Program-made: the position numbers and the translations under genes
Notes under the pieces: model-generated
The model's input: only the letters and a program-made list of their open reading frames with translations
The model's database searches: none
Told to the model about the DNA's origin: nothing
Shown: one piece after another, positions 29,761 to 39,756 of the stretch
How the letters are laid out: every line of letters starts with the position of its first letter
Position numbering within the stretch: position 1 is the stretch's first letter
NCBI GenBank assembly: GCA_965262915.1
Contig: OZ253564.1
Location: 3,360,001 to 3,424,000 of the forward strand
Direction: 5' to 3'
Origin: Candidatus Spongiisociaceae bacterium
GTDB taxonomy: Bacteria > Actinomycetota > Acidimicrobiia > Spongiisociales > Spongiisociaceae
DNA length: 64,000 nt

Positions 29761-29990
29761 ATGGCGGAGTTCCGTCACTATCGGGCATTCGTGGAGATCG
29801 CCGTCCGGGGCAGCTTCACCGCTGGTGCGCAGGCGCCCCACGTCACCCAATCCACGATCAGCGAGCAGACCGCCGGCCTCGAGAAGGAACTGGGCACCCG
29901 CCTCTTCGATCGGGGCAGGCACGGGGCCCGCCTCACCAAGTCAGGGCAACGGCTGCTCGAACCCGCCCAGCAACTGCTCCGGATGGCCGC
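29761..29990 (+). pseudogene. LysR-type regulator, HTH fragment only
   Basis: FVEIAVRGSFTAGAQAPHVTQSTISEQ..LEKELGTRLFDR..LTKSG; no effector domain follows. Confidence 0.85.
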
Positions 29991-30230
29991 TTCGGATGTG
30001 CAGGCCGAGACCACCACGTCGAATCCGTCCCTTTCGGCATCCACCACCGCGCCGAAGAAATCGTCCCGCCACAGCTCTGCTTCCGTGACGAAGGGGGTAG
30101 CGGGCAGACCGGGTAGATGGCGTACCGCGATCTCGGTGTACGGCCCTGCGGCAGGCGTGAGAACTTCGATGGTCCACTCGTTATACATATCGGTGCCCAT
30201 CGGGTGTACGAACAGGATTCGGGCCGACAT
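29985..30230 (-). pseudogene. Asp/Glu/hydantoin racemase family, N-terminal fragment
   Basis: RILFVHP..AERDGFDVVVSACTSE includes the first catalytic Cys; GAGGAG RBS; runs into the LysR fragment. Confidence 0.7.
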
Positions 30231-30957
30231 TTCACTCCTCGATGTCGGACGCCGATCCGAGCTCAGGGGAGCTCCGGATAGCGAAGATTGCGGCGTGCTT
30301 TCGCTCCGCGACATGTGTCTGCCTCCAGCCGCGGGAGCGCCGGTCGACTGCGCTGCATCCTCCCTGAACCGGGCGTCTCCGGCACTTCTGCTCTGCCGTC
30401 GGCATCGATGCCGCGCCTCAAACGGTCTATTCGATACAGGCCAACACCCTCAACTGCCTTGCAGACGCGAAACGCCACAGGGATGTGGACAGGGCTCGAA
30501 GCAGGCCCCGATCAGTCAGGTGCTCCGCGCCCCGAACTTCGATCTGGTGGCCGAGGATCTCTTGGATCCGCCTGGGGCAGGACCCTTTGGAGGCGGCTTC
30601 AGGAGCGTCCAATGCTTGGAGGAACTGTATCCCCCCGGTTCCCCTCGCGCCATGCTCCTACGACCCTGGGATGCCTTCTTCGCCATATTCAGTCTCCTAA
30701 CATCAGTATCGTTTCGACATGTTCAAGATACTTCATATGATTTCAAGGTATTCAATCTCCTCCCATCTTAGCAACAGCCCACCCTCTCCATGGATGGGCT
30801 GTCCATGTTCATTCAGAACGAACTCACCCGTATCCTCATCCAGTTCGACTGCTATGGCCAGGAAGAGATCCTGTGGCTCAGGGTATCCGGCAGCATAGGA
30901 ACGGCGACCATACGCGTCAGCGTATGCCCCTCCTACCCCCGGCGATGTGACGGGCGG

Positions 30958-31701
30958 TCAGGGTCCGCCTGTGACGTACAGGACCTGGCCGGTGATGTAG
31001 CTGCTGGCGGGACCGACCAGGAAGTCCACCACCGACGCCACTTCCTCGGGGCGACCGATCCGCCCGAGCGCAGACTCGGCCGCCGCGGCGCCCGCGAAGT
31101 CCTCCCAGCGGAGGCCGTGCTGCTCGGCGTGGGTTCGGGTCATGCGGGTGTCGATGAAGCCGGGGGCGACGGCATTGACCCGGATGCCCTCCGGACCGAG
31201 TTCGAGGGCGAGGGAACGGGTCAGGCCGATGATTCCCGCCTTGGCGGCGCCGTAGTTGGCGTTTCCGGCTATTCCCCGGGCGGCGATCGAAGAGGTGAGG
31301 ACCACGCTCGCGGCCGGGGATTCCCGCAATCCGGGTAGCGACGCCTTGACCAGAGCGAACGACCCGGTCAGGTGGGCTTCGAGGACCGACGACCAGGACG
31401 CCACTGTCATGTCCGCCAAGCGGGTTCCCTCGATATGACCGGCTGCGGCCACTACGGCGTCGAGACCTCCCAGCACCGACACCAGGCTGTCCACAGTGTC
31501 CCGGACCGCCTCGACATCGGTCACATCGACGATCCCGACCTCGGCGGAAACACCCATGCGGTCCAGTTCAGCCGCTACCTCGACAGCCGGCGCCCGGTCC
31601 CGATCGATCACCCCGATCCCCCGGAAGGTCCTGCCGAGGGTGCGGCACACCGCCGCCCCTATCCCCCGCCCTCCCCCGGACACGATCGCCACCTTGCTCA
31701 C
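30958..31701 (-). CDS. SDR family oxidoreductase (FabG-like)
   Basis: SGGGRGIG, NYGAAK, VNAVAPGFIDT and YITGQVL. Confidence 0.9.
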   Translation of the reverse strand: MSKVAIVSGGGRGIGAAVCRTLGRTFRGIGVIDRDRAPAVEVAAELDRMGVSAEVGIVDVTDVEAVRDTVDSLVSVLGGLDAVVAAAGHIEGTRLADMTVASWSSVLEAHLTGSFALVKASLPGLRESPAASVVLTSSIAARGIAGNANYGAAKAGIIGLTRSLALELGPEGIRVNAVAPGFIDTRMTRTHAEQHGLRWEDFAGAAAAESALGRIGRPEEVASVVDFLVGPASSYITGQVLYVTGGP

Positions 31702-31940
31702 TTCAGAGACCACCCGCCGTCCACCACCAGCGTCCGGCCCGCTATCCACCGGGCTCTGCCCGAAGCGACAAACACGATCGCATCGACCACGTCGTCCACC
31801 GTGCCATGGCCGAGCGGCATCGGCACGTCGGGCTGCTCGGGCGGCGTTCCGTACAGGTTGGTGGGCGCCGGTCCCGCGGCCACCGCGTTGACCCGGATCC
31901 CGAGAGGAGCCAGTTCGCGGGCGGCAGATCTGGTCATCCA
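31698..31940 (-). pseudogene. C-terminal fragment of a second SDR
   Basis: MTRSAARELAPLGIRVNAVAAG..WIAGRTLVVDGG without a Rossmann fold. Confidence 0.75.
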
Positions 31941-31999
31941 CCCTCCCTCCGTTGTAGTGGCGCGAGCTACCGGGAGGGTACCGAACAACGGCGATCCCA

Positions 32000-32151
32000 C
32001 AGCGCAGGCTACTCATGAGACACTCACCGCAGTCGACGTTGACCGCCACCCGAGAGGTACTGCCCTCACGAGCGACAGTAGGAGCGCCTATGTGGCCGTT
32101 ATGGGATCCACCGACGCAGCTGTCATAGACCTGTCAGCCGAGAGAGGCTGA
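32000..32151 (+). pseudogene. YVTN/YncE beta-propeller C-terminal remnant
   Basis: VDVDRHPRGTALTSDSRSAYVAVMGSTDAAVIDL resembles one YVTN blade. Confidence 0.5.
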
Positions 32152-32211
32152 CCAGGATGCTCCTGGGGTGTCTATGTCTTCCAACAATCGTCGCATAGCT
32201 GGTGCGGGTGG

Positions 32212-34596
32212 TTAGGCGAGGCCGAGAGCTCTCGCGAGGAATGTTGCCATCTGGGCTCGGGTCACTGGTTGGGTGGGGCAGTAGCGCAGCGGCTCCGTCT
32301 GGCAGCCAACGGTGATTCCGGCTGCCGCAAGCGCGTCGATGGCGGCCTCGTGACGGTTGCCACGAGCGTCGCGGAATCCTGCTGACGGAGCGGGGTCGAG
32401 GTCGAAGGAGCGCACCAGGAACGAGGCCATCTGGGCCCGTGTAACCGGACGGTCAGGGCAGAAGCGCAGCGGCTGGGTCGTGCATCCCTCGGTGATCTGC
32501 AGTGCCGCAAGCCGCTCGACATGGAGCATCCACCACGCGTCGGTATCCACGTCATCGAACGTACCGCCGACCGCGGGGGGCTCTCGGCCGTCGAGTGCCC
32601 GCACGAGCCACACCGCCACGGTCCATCGCTCGATCGCGGCGTCGGGACAGATACGTTCATCGGCACATTCGGTGTCATCCAGGATGCCTCTCCCGGCCAG
32701 GGCCTCCAGGGATGCCATATGAGCGCTCCCCATCGTGTCGACGAACGAAGAGCAGATCCCCACACCCGCGCTCGACAAGTCGTCGAAGGGTGGCTCGGAG
32801 GACCATGGCGCCCGGGGCACGCACAAGCCGGTTCCGGAGAGCCGCAGCTCTGCGAGCCTCGTCAAGTCGGAAATCCGCTCCGGCAGGCTGCCGCTCAGGT
32901 CGTTGCCGGAGAGGTCAAGCCGGACGAGTTCGCTCAACTGGCCGATCTCCTCGGGAAGCGATCCAGTCAAACCGTTGCCGAACGGGCCGCTGAGGTCGAT
33001 CTCGGTTACCCGTCCGGCGGAGTCTGTTGTCACACCCTGCCATCGGCTCAGGGGCGCGTCGGACTTCCAGCCCCAGGTATTGAACCAGGCGCCTCCACCC
33101 GTGCTGTCGAACAGTGCCACGAGTGCCGCTCGGTCGCCCGTATGAGCAGGACCACCCGACGGGGCGGGACCGTACGTGTAGTTGGCGGCCGCGTTCAGAA
33201 CCGTCCTACGTAGCCGGTTGCAGCTCCCGAGGAGGATGATGCCGGGCTTGTTTGCGATCATCGCGAACGTGAGTGTCTCGCCGTTGGCCGCCACCGTTGT
33301 CCCGGCCACAGCGGTCACGTCGTTGAGTGTGCCCGTCTTGGCTCTCACGGTGTTGACCTTCTCCTGGCCGGCCGGAGACGGGACCGGGACGCAGTTCCGC
33401 AACGTCCCCGTTCTGCCTGGCACGGATAGGCCCTCCACCAGGAGGGAACCCGGCCCTGCCAGCACCAGCAATTCGGCCACAGCCGCGCAGGTGAGGCGGT
33501 TGTAGCTCGACAGGCCCGAGCCGTCGGCGATCACAAGTCCGTCCGCCGGCGGTCCCAGCTTCTGGTGCATGAGCCTCTGAACACTGGCCGCCGCAGAGGC
33601 GCGGTCCGAGCTCGCGGTCCGGCGGCCGATCTCCTTCAGGAGCATTTCTGCGATGGTGTTGTCGGAGTAGCTCAGCATACGAGTGAGGATCTCGGACAGC
33701 GGCGGTGACTCGACAGCACCAAGCAGTGTCCGCTCGCTCGGCTGGGGAGCCACGCCGGCCGCAGGTCTGCGCGTGATCACCATTCCCCGCGCCTCGAGGA
33801 GGTCGTCGAATACCGAAGCTGCGTGCTGTGCAGGGTTCGCCGCTCGCACATTCCTGCGTCGGCCCTCGCTCGACCGCGCCGAGGAGTACGACGAGTAGCC
33901 GCTGTTGAGAAGCAGCCCTGACAGCGGCCCGGCATTGTTCGAGGTCACGAAGGAGCGTTTCCACACGGGGTCGGAGCCTTCGGTCGGCACCTCCCGGGAG
34001 TAGTCGCGTTCCTTGTGGGGGAACCAGGACTCGTCTCCCACCAGCCGACCCTCAATCCTCGTGATGCCGCGGGCGGCGAGGGCCGCGAACACGCGGTCAG
34101 CCAGACCTGTTATGTCGGTGTGGGCGACAGGATCTCGATAGCGACTGACGTAGCGGGGGGTGGACAGTACGGGATCGCCCTGCCCGATGAGATATACGTC
34201 GCCCACCAGCACCCCGTCGGTGATCGACTCCATTGCGTCGGTACGAGCAAACACTTCTGTGGAAAAGACCTCGTCGGGGCGAATGACTTCGAGGGCGGCC
34301 GCGGCTGTGGCCAGCTTTACGAGAGACGCAGGAACGAGACTCGCGCCAGATCTCGACTCGAAGACCAACTCGTCGTCGAGTATCACTGAGAGACACATCG
34401 AGCCGGAGGCCTCCCGCAGGGAGAGCACGGCCGAGAACTCCGCTCCGAGACGATCCCTCGCCTCTTGGCCCGGCGGAGCCGACCCATTCGTAGACGCGCC
34501 GTACGCGGCCACAGGCGACAGCACCGACCCGCAGACCGCCACCAGCGCGAGCGCGAGCGCGGCCAGGCGCCTAGCCCACCGCCCCAGTCCAACCAT
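32212..34596 (-). CDS. dacB: D-Ala-D-Ala carboxypeptidase/endopeptidase (S13, DacB) fused to plant-type LRR and SLH domains
   Basis: Signal peptide; PASLVK (SxxK), SDN, DGSGLS and AKTGTL; LRR cap and repeats LTGSLPEEIGQLSELVRLDLSGNDLSGSLP; three SLH-like repeats (e.g. FCPDRPVTRAQMASFL). Confidence 0.85.
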   Translation of the reverse strand: MVGLGRWARRLAALALALVAVCGSVLSPVAAYGASTNGSAPPGQEARDRLGAEFSAVLSLREASGSMCLSVILDDELVFESRSGASLVPASLVKLATAAAALEVIRPDEVFSTEVFARTDAMESITDGVLVGDVYLIGQGDPVLSTPRYVSRYRDPVAHTDITGLADRVFAALAARGITRIEGRLVGDESWFPHKERDYSREVPTEGSDPVWKRSFVTSNNAGPLSGLLLNSGYSSYSSARSSEGRRRNVRAANPAQHAASVFDDLLEARGMVITRRPAAGVAPQPSERTLLGAVESPPLSEILTRMLSYSDNTIAEMLLKEIGRRTASSDRASAAASVQRLMHQKLGPPADGLVIADGSGLSSYNRLTCAAVAELLVLAGPGSLLVEGLSVPGRTGTLRNCVPVPSPAGQEKVNTVRAKTGTLNDVTAVAGTTVAANGETLTFAMIANKPGIILLGSCNRLRRTVLNAAANYTYGPAPSGGPAHTGDRAALVALFDSTGGGAWFNTWGWKSDAPLSRWQGVTTDSAGRVTEIDLSGPFGNGLTGSLPEEIGQLSELVRLDLSGNDLSGSLPERISDLTRLAELRLSGTGLCVPRAPWSSEPPFDDLSSAGVGICSSFVDTMGSAHMASLEALAGRGILDDTECADERICPDAAIERWTVAVWLVRALDGREPPAVGGTFDDVDTDAWWMLHVERLAALQITEGCTTQPLRFCPDRPVTRAQMASFLVRSFDLDPAPSAGFRDARGNRHEAAIDALAAAGITVGCQTEPLRYCPTQPVTRAQMATFLARALGLA

Positions 34597-34938
34597 CGAC
34601 CTGCGACCCCGTAGCTGCCGGCCTCTCCCGATTCGTCGTCCCTTCGAGAACAGCAGCATCAAACTAGCCGTTCTGTGGGGAGAGCGACGAAATGGAGTTC
34701 CTCGCGGTAGCCGAACATTTCCGCAGTGAGGGGGCTGCGCGTCGGGCAGTGGGCGTGCAATCTACGACGAAGGCGCGGTTGGAAGGCGAATGGCCGGCAC
34801 ACAGCTTCTCGGATGAGCTCAAACGAGGAGGTCTGGAACGCTGAGCCGCTCGCTCCATACTTGGTGCCGGTCGGGCTTCCTCAACTCTCGGAGAAGATCT
34901 CGGGCGAGCCGCAGCGTGACGAGTGGCGTTCGTGCACT

Positions 34939-35580
34939 TCATCCAAGGTTGCTTCTTCGGTGGAGCAACGATCGAAGGCTACCGGGCCGCGAGGAGCGAA
35001 GCGACATCCGTGGGAAGGTATCGCCTCCCGCATCCTCGTCCTTGGGGCGGCTCACCTCGTCGATCACCATCGAAGCGGCCGATATGAGCAGTTGCGTGTA
35101 GGGGTGGGTGGACCGGTCGGATACTTCGCCTCCGGGACACTGCTCGACGGCGGTTCCCGCGGACATGACCACGATCCGGTCGGAGAGGTGGCGGACGACG
35201 GGGAGGGAGTGGCTGATGAACAGCATGGCCATGGACCGCTCGCGGATGATCTCGAGCAGCAGGTTGAGGATCTGAACCTGGACCGAGACGTCCAGCGCTG
35301 ACACCGGTTCGTCACACACGAGCAGGGAAGGTTCGAGCGCCAGGGCACGGGCGATGTTGACCCGCTGTGCCTGCCCGCCCGAGAGCTGGTGGGGGTACCG
35401 GTCGACGAGCGACCAGTCCAGATGGACGGCGATCATCAACTCGCCCACCCGCTCGGCCCGCCACCGGGAGTTTCCTCTACGGTGGATCACCAGCGGCTCG
35501 GCCACCAGCCATCTGACCCGTTGTGGCTGCCGAGAGCCTGGAACGGGTGCTGGAAGACCGCCTGGACGGCTTTGGTAGTA
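34939..35580 (-). pseudogene. Oligopeptide ABC ATPase remnant
   Basis: YPHQLSGGQAQR, CDEPVSALD, FISH and HPYT; Q-loop (VFQHP) out of frame; Walker A missing. Confidence 0.85.
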
Positions 35581-35865
35581 GCTGCCGGAGTCGAGACTCG
35601 ATCAAGAGACACCTCGCCGTCACGGCTCGGTACCGGGGCTTAGCAAATGGTTGATCGTCGCCCTACTCACCCCTCTTGTCCGGTGGCCCATTATTCCCGC
35701 AAGTTGTGGGAATTCACGATGGTCAAGAGGGCGCAATATGTGCCGAATCCACAACACGCGGGTTGCACTCTGATCTAAGCTGAAGTTCGGCGGAGACATG
35801 GGCATAGCCGGTGCCCGGCCTAGGACCCCGACAACCGAGAGTCGCAGCTGCGACGATCAAACGGC

Positions 35866-36921
35866 GTGCAGCCCCTCATCCCAACAAGGTCGGAGGCCGC
35901 ACCGAAGTCCGCCACTTTCCCTACAAAAGGGCCCTGCAGGGTGATCTCCTACGTAAACGGCGATTACGTCACCAAGCCCGTAATCTCGGTCTTCGATCGG
36001 GGATTCGTGATCGGCGACGGGGTTTACGACTCGGCCCGCACGTTCGGAGGCCAGGTCTTCAAACTGGACGAGCATCTCCAGCGATTGGGCCGATCGATGC
36101 GTTACATCGAGATCGATGCGGATCGCTATGCCGCAGAGATCCGGCGCGCTACGGAAGAAGTGATTGCCCACAACATGGAGGACATTCTCTCGGTGGGCGA
36201 TGTGTGGGTGATTCAGATCATCACGCGGGGGTTGCTCGAGGATGCCGGGGAGTCCGGGTTCGGGCTCGAAGACGAGCCAGATATCCCATCCAAACCGACG
36301 ATCGTCGTCATCGTGAGGCCACTGAACTTCAAGGCCTTCGGGCTCTTATATCGCGATGGTGTCGACCTCGGCGTGTCGCTGTTGACCCGAGCCTTGACCG
36401 GGCCCCTCGATCCGCGCGCCAAGTCGACGGGCAAGCTCGCCTATTCGCGCGCCGAACGAAAGGCGGCTCGGATGAGCAGCGGCCATGCTCTGGGAGCGAA
36501 AGCATGGACGGTGCTGTTCCATGACGACGGCTCGATCGCGGAAGCGTCGGGAGCGAACGTCTGTGCCGTCGTCGGTGACCGCCTCGTGCGTCCACCCCGC
36601 CACTATGCGCTGGAAGGCATCAGTCTCGAGACGGTATGCGAGTTGGCGCAGGTCCAGGGATTATCGATCGAAGAGAGACCGATAACTCTCTACGACCTCG
36701 TAAACGCCGACGAGACGATGCTCACGTCGACGAGTTTCTGCGTACTTCCGATCGTCAGTATCGACGGGATTCCGCTTCCTGGAGGGGGCAGCGTCTATTC
36801 GAGAGTACTGGAGTTGTGGAAGGACATGGTCGGTTTCGACTTCGTGAAGCAGGCAGAAGAGGTAGCTCGAGGTGCCGCCCGGAGTACGGCGGGATCGAGC
36901 TTCGGCACTCGACATGAGTGA
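35866..36921 (+). CDS. PLP-dependent aminotransferase class IV (IlvE/D-amino-acid transaminase-like)
   Basis: DRGFVIGDGVYD, HLQRL, DPRAKS (PLP Lys), EASGAN and LEGIS; the real start may be the GTG at 35941. Confidence 0.88.
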   Translation: MQPLIPTRSEAAPKSATFPTKGPCRVISYVNGDYVTKPVISVFDRGFVIGDGVYDSARTFGGQVFKLDEHLQRLGRSMRYIEIDADRYAAEIRRATEEVIAHNMEDILSVGDVWVIQIITRGLLEDAGESGFGLEDEPDIPSKPTIVVIVRPLNFKAFGLLYRDGVDLGVSLLTRALTGPLDPRAKSTGKLAYSRAERKAARMSSGHALGAKAWTVLFHDDGSIAEASGANVCAVVGDRLVRPPRHYALEGISLETVCELAQVQGLSIEERPITLYDLVNADETMLTSTSFCVLPIVSIDGIPLPGGGSVYSRVLELWKDMVGFDFVKQAEEVARGAARSTAGSSFGTRHE

Positions 36922-36940
36922 CAACAACGGAGGAGCAGAG

Positions 36941-38650
36941 ATGCGGAAACAAAGAAGCCGCGGGTCATGGATCGGAGCGAAGAGCGTGGTGTGGCTCACC
37001 GCGGCGGCCCTGCTGTTCGCAGCCTGCGGGGGGGATGACGGCGAAGGCGCTACGACCACCCTCGCAGCTACGACACAAGCCCCCGAACCTACGCAACCCC
37101 CCGACACGACACAAGCCCCCGAGACGACGGAAGCGTCTATGGAGATGGAGCCGTTTGTCATCGTAGTTCCGGGAGACATCGAGAACCTGGACGGGATGGG
37201 AACGTACACGCAGTTCGCAGCTCAGGTCTGGTTCCACACCCACGGGCGGCTGATGCGCTTTGAGGAGTTCCCGTCACCCACGGCGCCCGGATCGATTGTG
37301 CTGGACAAGAACTCTCCCGAACCCGAGCTCGCCGAATCGTTGGTCACGGACGACTTCCAGACCTGGACCTTGACGCTGCGGCAGGGCCTCGTGTTCCCGA
37401 GCGGAAACCCTCTGACAACCGACGACGTCATCTATTCGTTCGATCGGGCGGTTTCTCTGGCCGGCTCTCCCGGGTTTCTCCTCAATACAGCCGGGATAAC
37501 GGACATCAGCCAGGTCGAAAAGATCGATGACACCCGGCTCACGATCACCGTGCCAAAGCCGAACAATCGGCTGCCGAGGATTCTCGCCTTGGTGGACGTG
37601 GTCATCATGGACTCAAAACTCCTCAGCGACAACGCTACCGATGACGACCCGTGGGCAACCGAGTGGGCAATCAGCAATCACGCGGGATACGGGCGCTACA
37701 TCGTGAAACAGTGGGAACCCGGTAGTCGGCTCGTACTCTCGCCGAATCCAGACTGGTACGAGGGCCCGCCGGAAACGGGTGATCTGATCTTCCAGGTAGT
37801 CCCGAACGAAGCTAGCCGGCTGCTCCTGCTCCAGAGCGGCGAGGCCGATGTTGCGACTTTCATGACACCGCGCACCGCCGTCGGCATCGACCCCGACGAC
37901 CCGGGCGTAGCCGTTGTGAAGTTCCCATCCGACTTCGTGAATACGGTGACGTTCAATCACAACGTCGAACCATTCGACAACGTACTCGTGCGTCGGGCTG
38001 TCGCATACGCCATCGACTATGAACAAATCAGGGAAGAGGGCTGGTTCGGACTGGCGACGCCCCCTTCGAGCCCGGTGATTCCGGGCTACGAGGGCCACGT
38101 AGCCGTGTGGGACTACTCCTACGACCCGGAGAAGGCAATGCAGTTGCTCTCCGAGGCGGGCTTTCCGGACGGATTCGAGACCAGAATGCTCTATTCACCG
38201 GAGGAGGACCCCAGCCACGAGGTCCTGGCGGTCATGATCCAGGGTCAGCTCGGGGACGTGGGTATCAAAGCGACACTCGAGCCGGTCACGGGCGGCCAGT
38301 TCTTCACCCGGTTCTACGGCGAGAGCGACTTCGAGCTTGCCCTCAAGTTCTGCGGCATCTGGGTCTCGGAATACTGGTACTCGAGCAACCTGATGTTGGC
38401 CACCAATGGCTTCTGCAGCGGGACATACAGCAATCCCGGTGTCGACGAAGCCATTGCGACACTCGAAACCGAGACCGACCCGGCGACGGCTCAGGCACTC
38501 GCAACCCGGGTACAGGAGCAGTTCGCAGAGGATGCGGGATACGTCCTCATCGGGCAGCCCGACTTCATCGTCATGACGAGAAAGGGCGTATCGGGCGTCA
38601 TCTATCCGGTGCAGGACGGTACCGCGATCTTCTGGGACCTCACCCGGTAG
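36941..38650 (+). CDS. Peptide/nickel-type ABC substrate-binding lipoprotein (family 5)
   Basis: Lipobox FAAC, PELAES, PFDNVLVRRAVAYAID and YDPEKA; GGAGGAG RBS. Confidence 0.92.
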   Translation: MRKQRSRGSWIGAKSVVWLTAAALLFAACGGDDGEGATTTLAATTQAPEPTQPPDTTQAPETTEASMEMEPFVIVVPGDIENLDGMGTYTQFAAQVWFHTHGRLMRFEEFPSPTAPGSIVLDKNSPEPELAESLVTDDFQTWTLTLRQGLVFPSGNPLTTDDVIYSFDRAVSLAGSPGFLLNTAGITDISQVEKIDDTRLTITVPKPNNRLPRILALVDVVIMDSKLLSDNATDDDPWATEWAISNHAGYGRYIVKQWEPGSRLVLSPNPDWYEGPPETGDLIFQVVPNEASRLLLLQSGEADVATFMTPRTAVGIDPDDPGVAVVKFPSDFVNTVTFNHNVEPFDNVLVRRAVAYAIDYEQIREEGWFGLATPPSSPVIPGYEGHVAVWDYSYDPEKAMQLLSEAGFPDGFETRMLYSPEEDPSHEVLAVMIQGQLGDVGIKATLEPVTGGQFFTRFYGESDFELALKFCGIWVSEYWYSSNLMLATNGFCSGTYSNPGVDEAIATLETETDPATAQALATRVQEQFAEDAGYVLIGQPDFIVMTRKGVSGVIYPVQDGTAIFWDLTR

Positions 38651-38675
38651 GTCTTCTGGGACCTCACCCGGTAGG
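38628..38675 (+). repeat. Perfect 24-bp tandem duplication spanning the SBP stop codon
   Basis: TCTTCTGGGACCTCACCCGGTAGG twice, head to tail. Confidence 0.92.
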
Positions 38676-38723
38676 TGTGATGTTGTACCGGTTGCCGGTT
38701 ATGCCGTCGGAACACCCGGCCAA

Positions 38724-39731
38724 GTGACCAGGTACATACTCAGGCGTGTCGTTGCCTCGCTGATACTGATCGTCGCCGTGACGACGGTCACCTTCGTGAT
38801 GCAACGCGTTCTCCCGATCGATCCTGTCGAATCGCTGGTCGGGCCGATACGGACCGAGGAGCGGCTACAGGCGTTGCGGGAGCAGCTCGGTCTCGACAAG
38901 CCGCTCATCCGGCAGTACGCGGACTACATGTCCGGGCTCGCCAGGGGCGACCTGGGGACCGCCTGGCATACCGGACAACCGGTGACATCGGACCTGGCGT
39001 CGCGGTTTGCCGCGTCGCTCGAGCTGGGGCTGGTCGCGCTGATCATCGGCGTGCCACTCGGGGTCGTGCTCGGGGTTGTGTCCGCCCGACGGAGGGACGA
39101 CGCCACGGACTATGCAGTCAGAGGCATCTCGCTCTCGTTCATCGCGCTTCCCGAGTTCCTGGTCGCCCTCTTGGCGGTATATGTCTTCTTCTATCTGTTC
39201 GGTATAGCCCCGCCCCCCATCGGTCGGCTCGGCGCGACCGTCCTACAGCCGAGCCAGGTCACAGGCCTCTACCTGTTGGACAGCGTCCTCGAGAGGAACT
39301 GGACGGCCCTTCGGTCTACGATGAGCCATCTCGTCCTTCCGGCGCTGACGCTGGCGATGGTGCTGATGGGCTATTTCGCACGGTTTACCCGCGCCTCGAT
39401 GTTGGAGGTCCTGAACTCCGACTTCGTGCTCGCGGCGCGATCGTTCGGGCTCCGCGAGCGGACCGTCGTCTATCGACACGCGCTGAAGACAGCGATGCTC
39501 CCCATCATCTCGGTTCTCGGGATCGCTATCGGGGCGGCATTGGGGGGCCTCGTCGTCATCGAACTGGTCTTCGCCTGGCCCGGTCTAGGCCGCTACGCGG
39601 TCGAGTCCGCCAAGCTCAACGACCTCGCGGCCGTGCAGGGATTCATGCTCCTCTCGGTGGCCGTTTACGCGGTGGTCAACCTAGCGGTGGACATCCTCCA
39701 AGCGGCCCTCGATCCGCGGATCCGGTACTAG
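38724..39731 (+). CDS. ABC permease (DppB-like)
   Basis: GLDKPL, GDLG, EAA loop FVLAARSFGL and LDPRI. Confidence 0.93.
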   Translation: MTRYILRRVVASLILIVAVTTVTFVMQRVLPIDPVESLVGPIRTEERLQALREQLGLDKPLIRQYADYMSGLARGDLGTAWHTGQPVTSDLASRFAASLELGLVALIIGVPLGVVLGVVSARRRDDATDYAVRGISLSFIALPEFLVALLAVYVFFYLFGIAPPPIGRLGATVLQPSQVTGLYLLDSVLERNWTALRSTMSHLVLPALTLAMVLMGYFARFTRASMLEVLNSDFVLAARSFGLRERTVVYRHALKTAMLPIISVLGIAIGAALGGLVVIELVFAWPGLGRYAVESAKLNDLAAVQGFMLLSVAVYAVVNLAVDILQAALDPRIRY

Positions 39732-39756
39732 TCGCCGATATGCAAAATGATTCGCG

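Noticed and set aside
30427-30612. Tyrosine recombinase remnant suggested by RRIQEILGH
   Set aside because: Only one short motif; no HxLR box or catalytic Tyr context, so it is unsupported.
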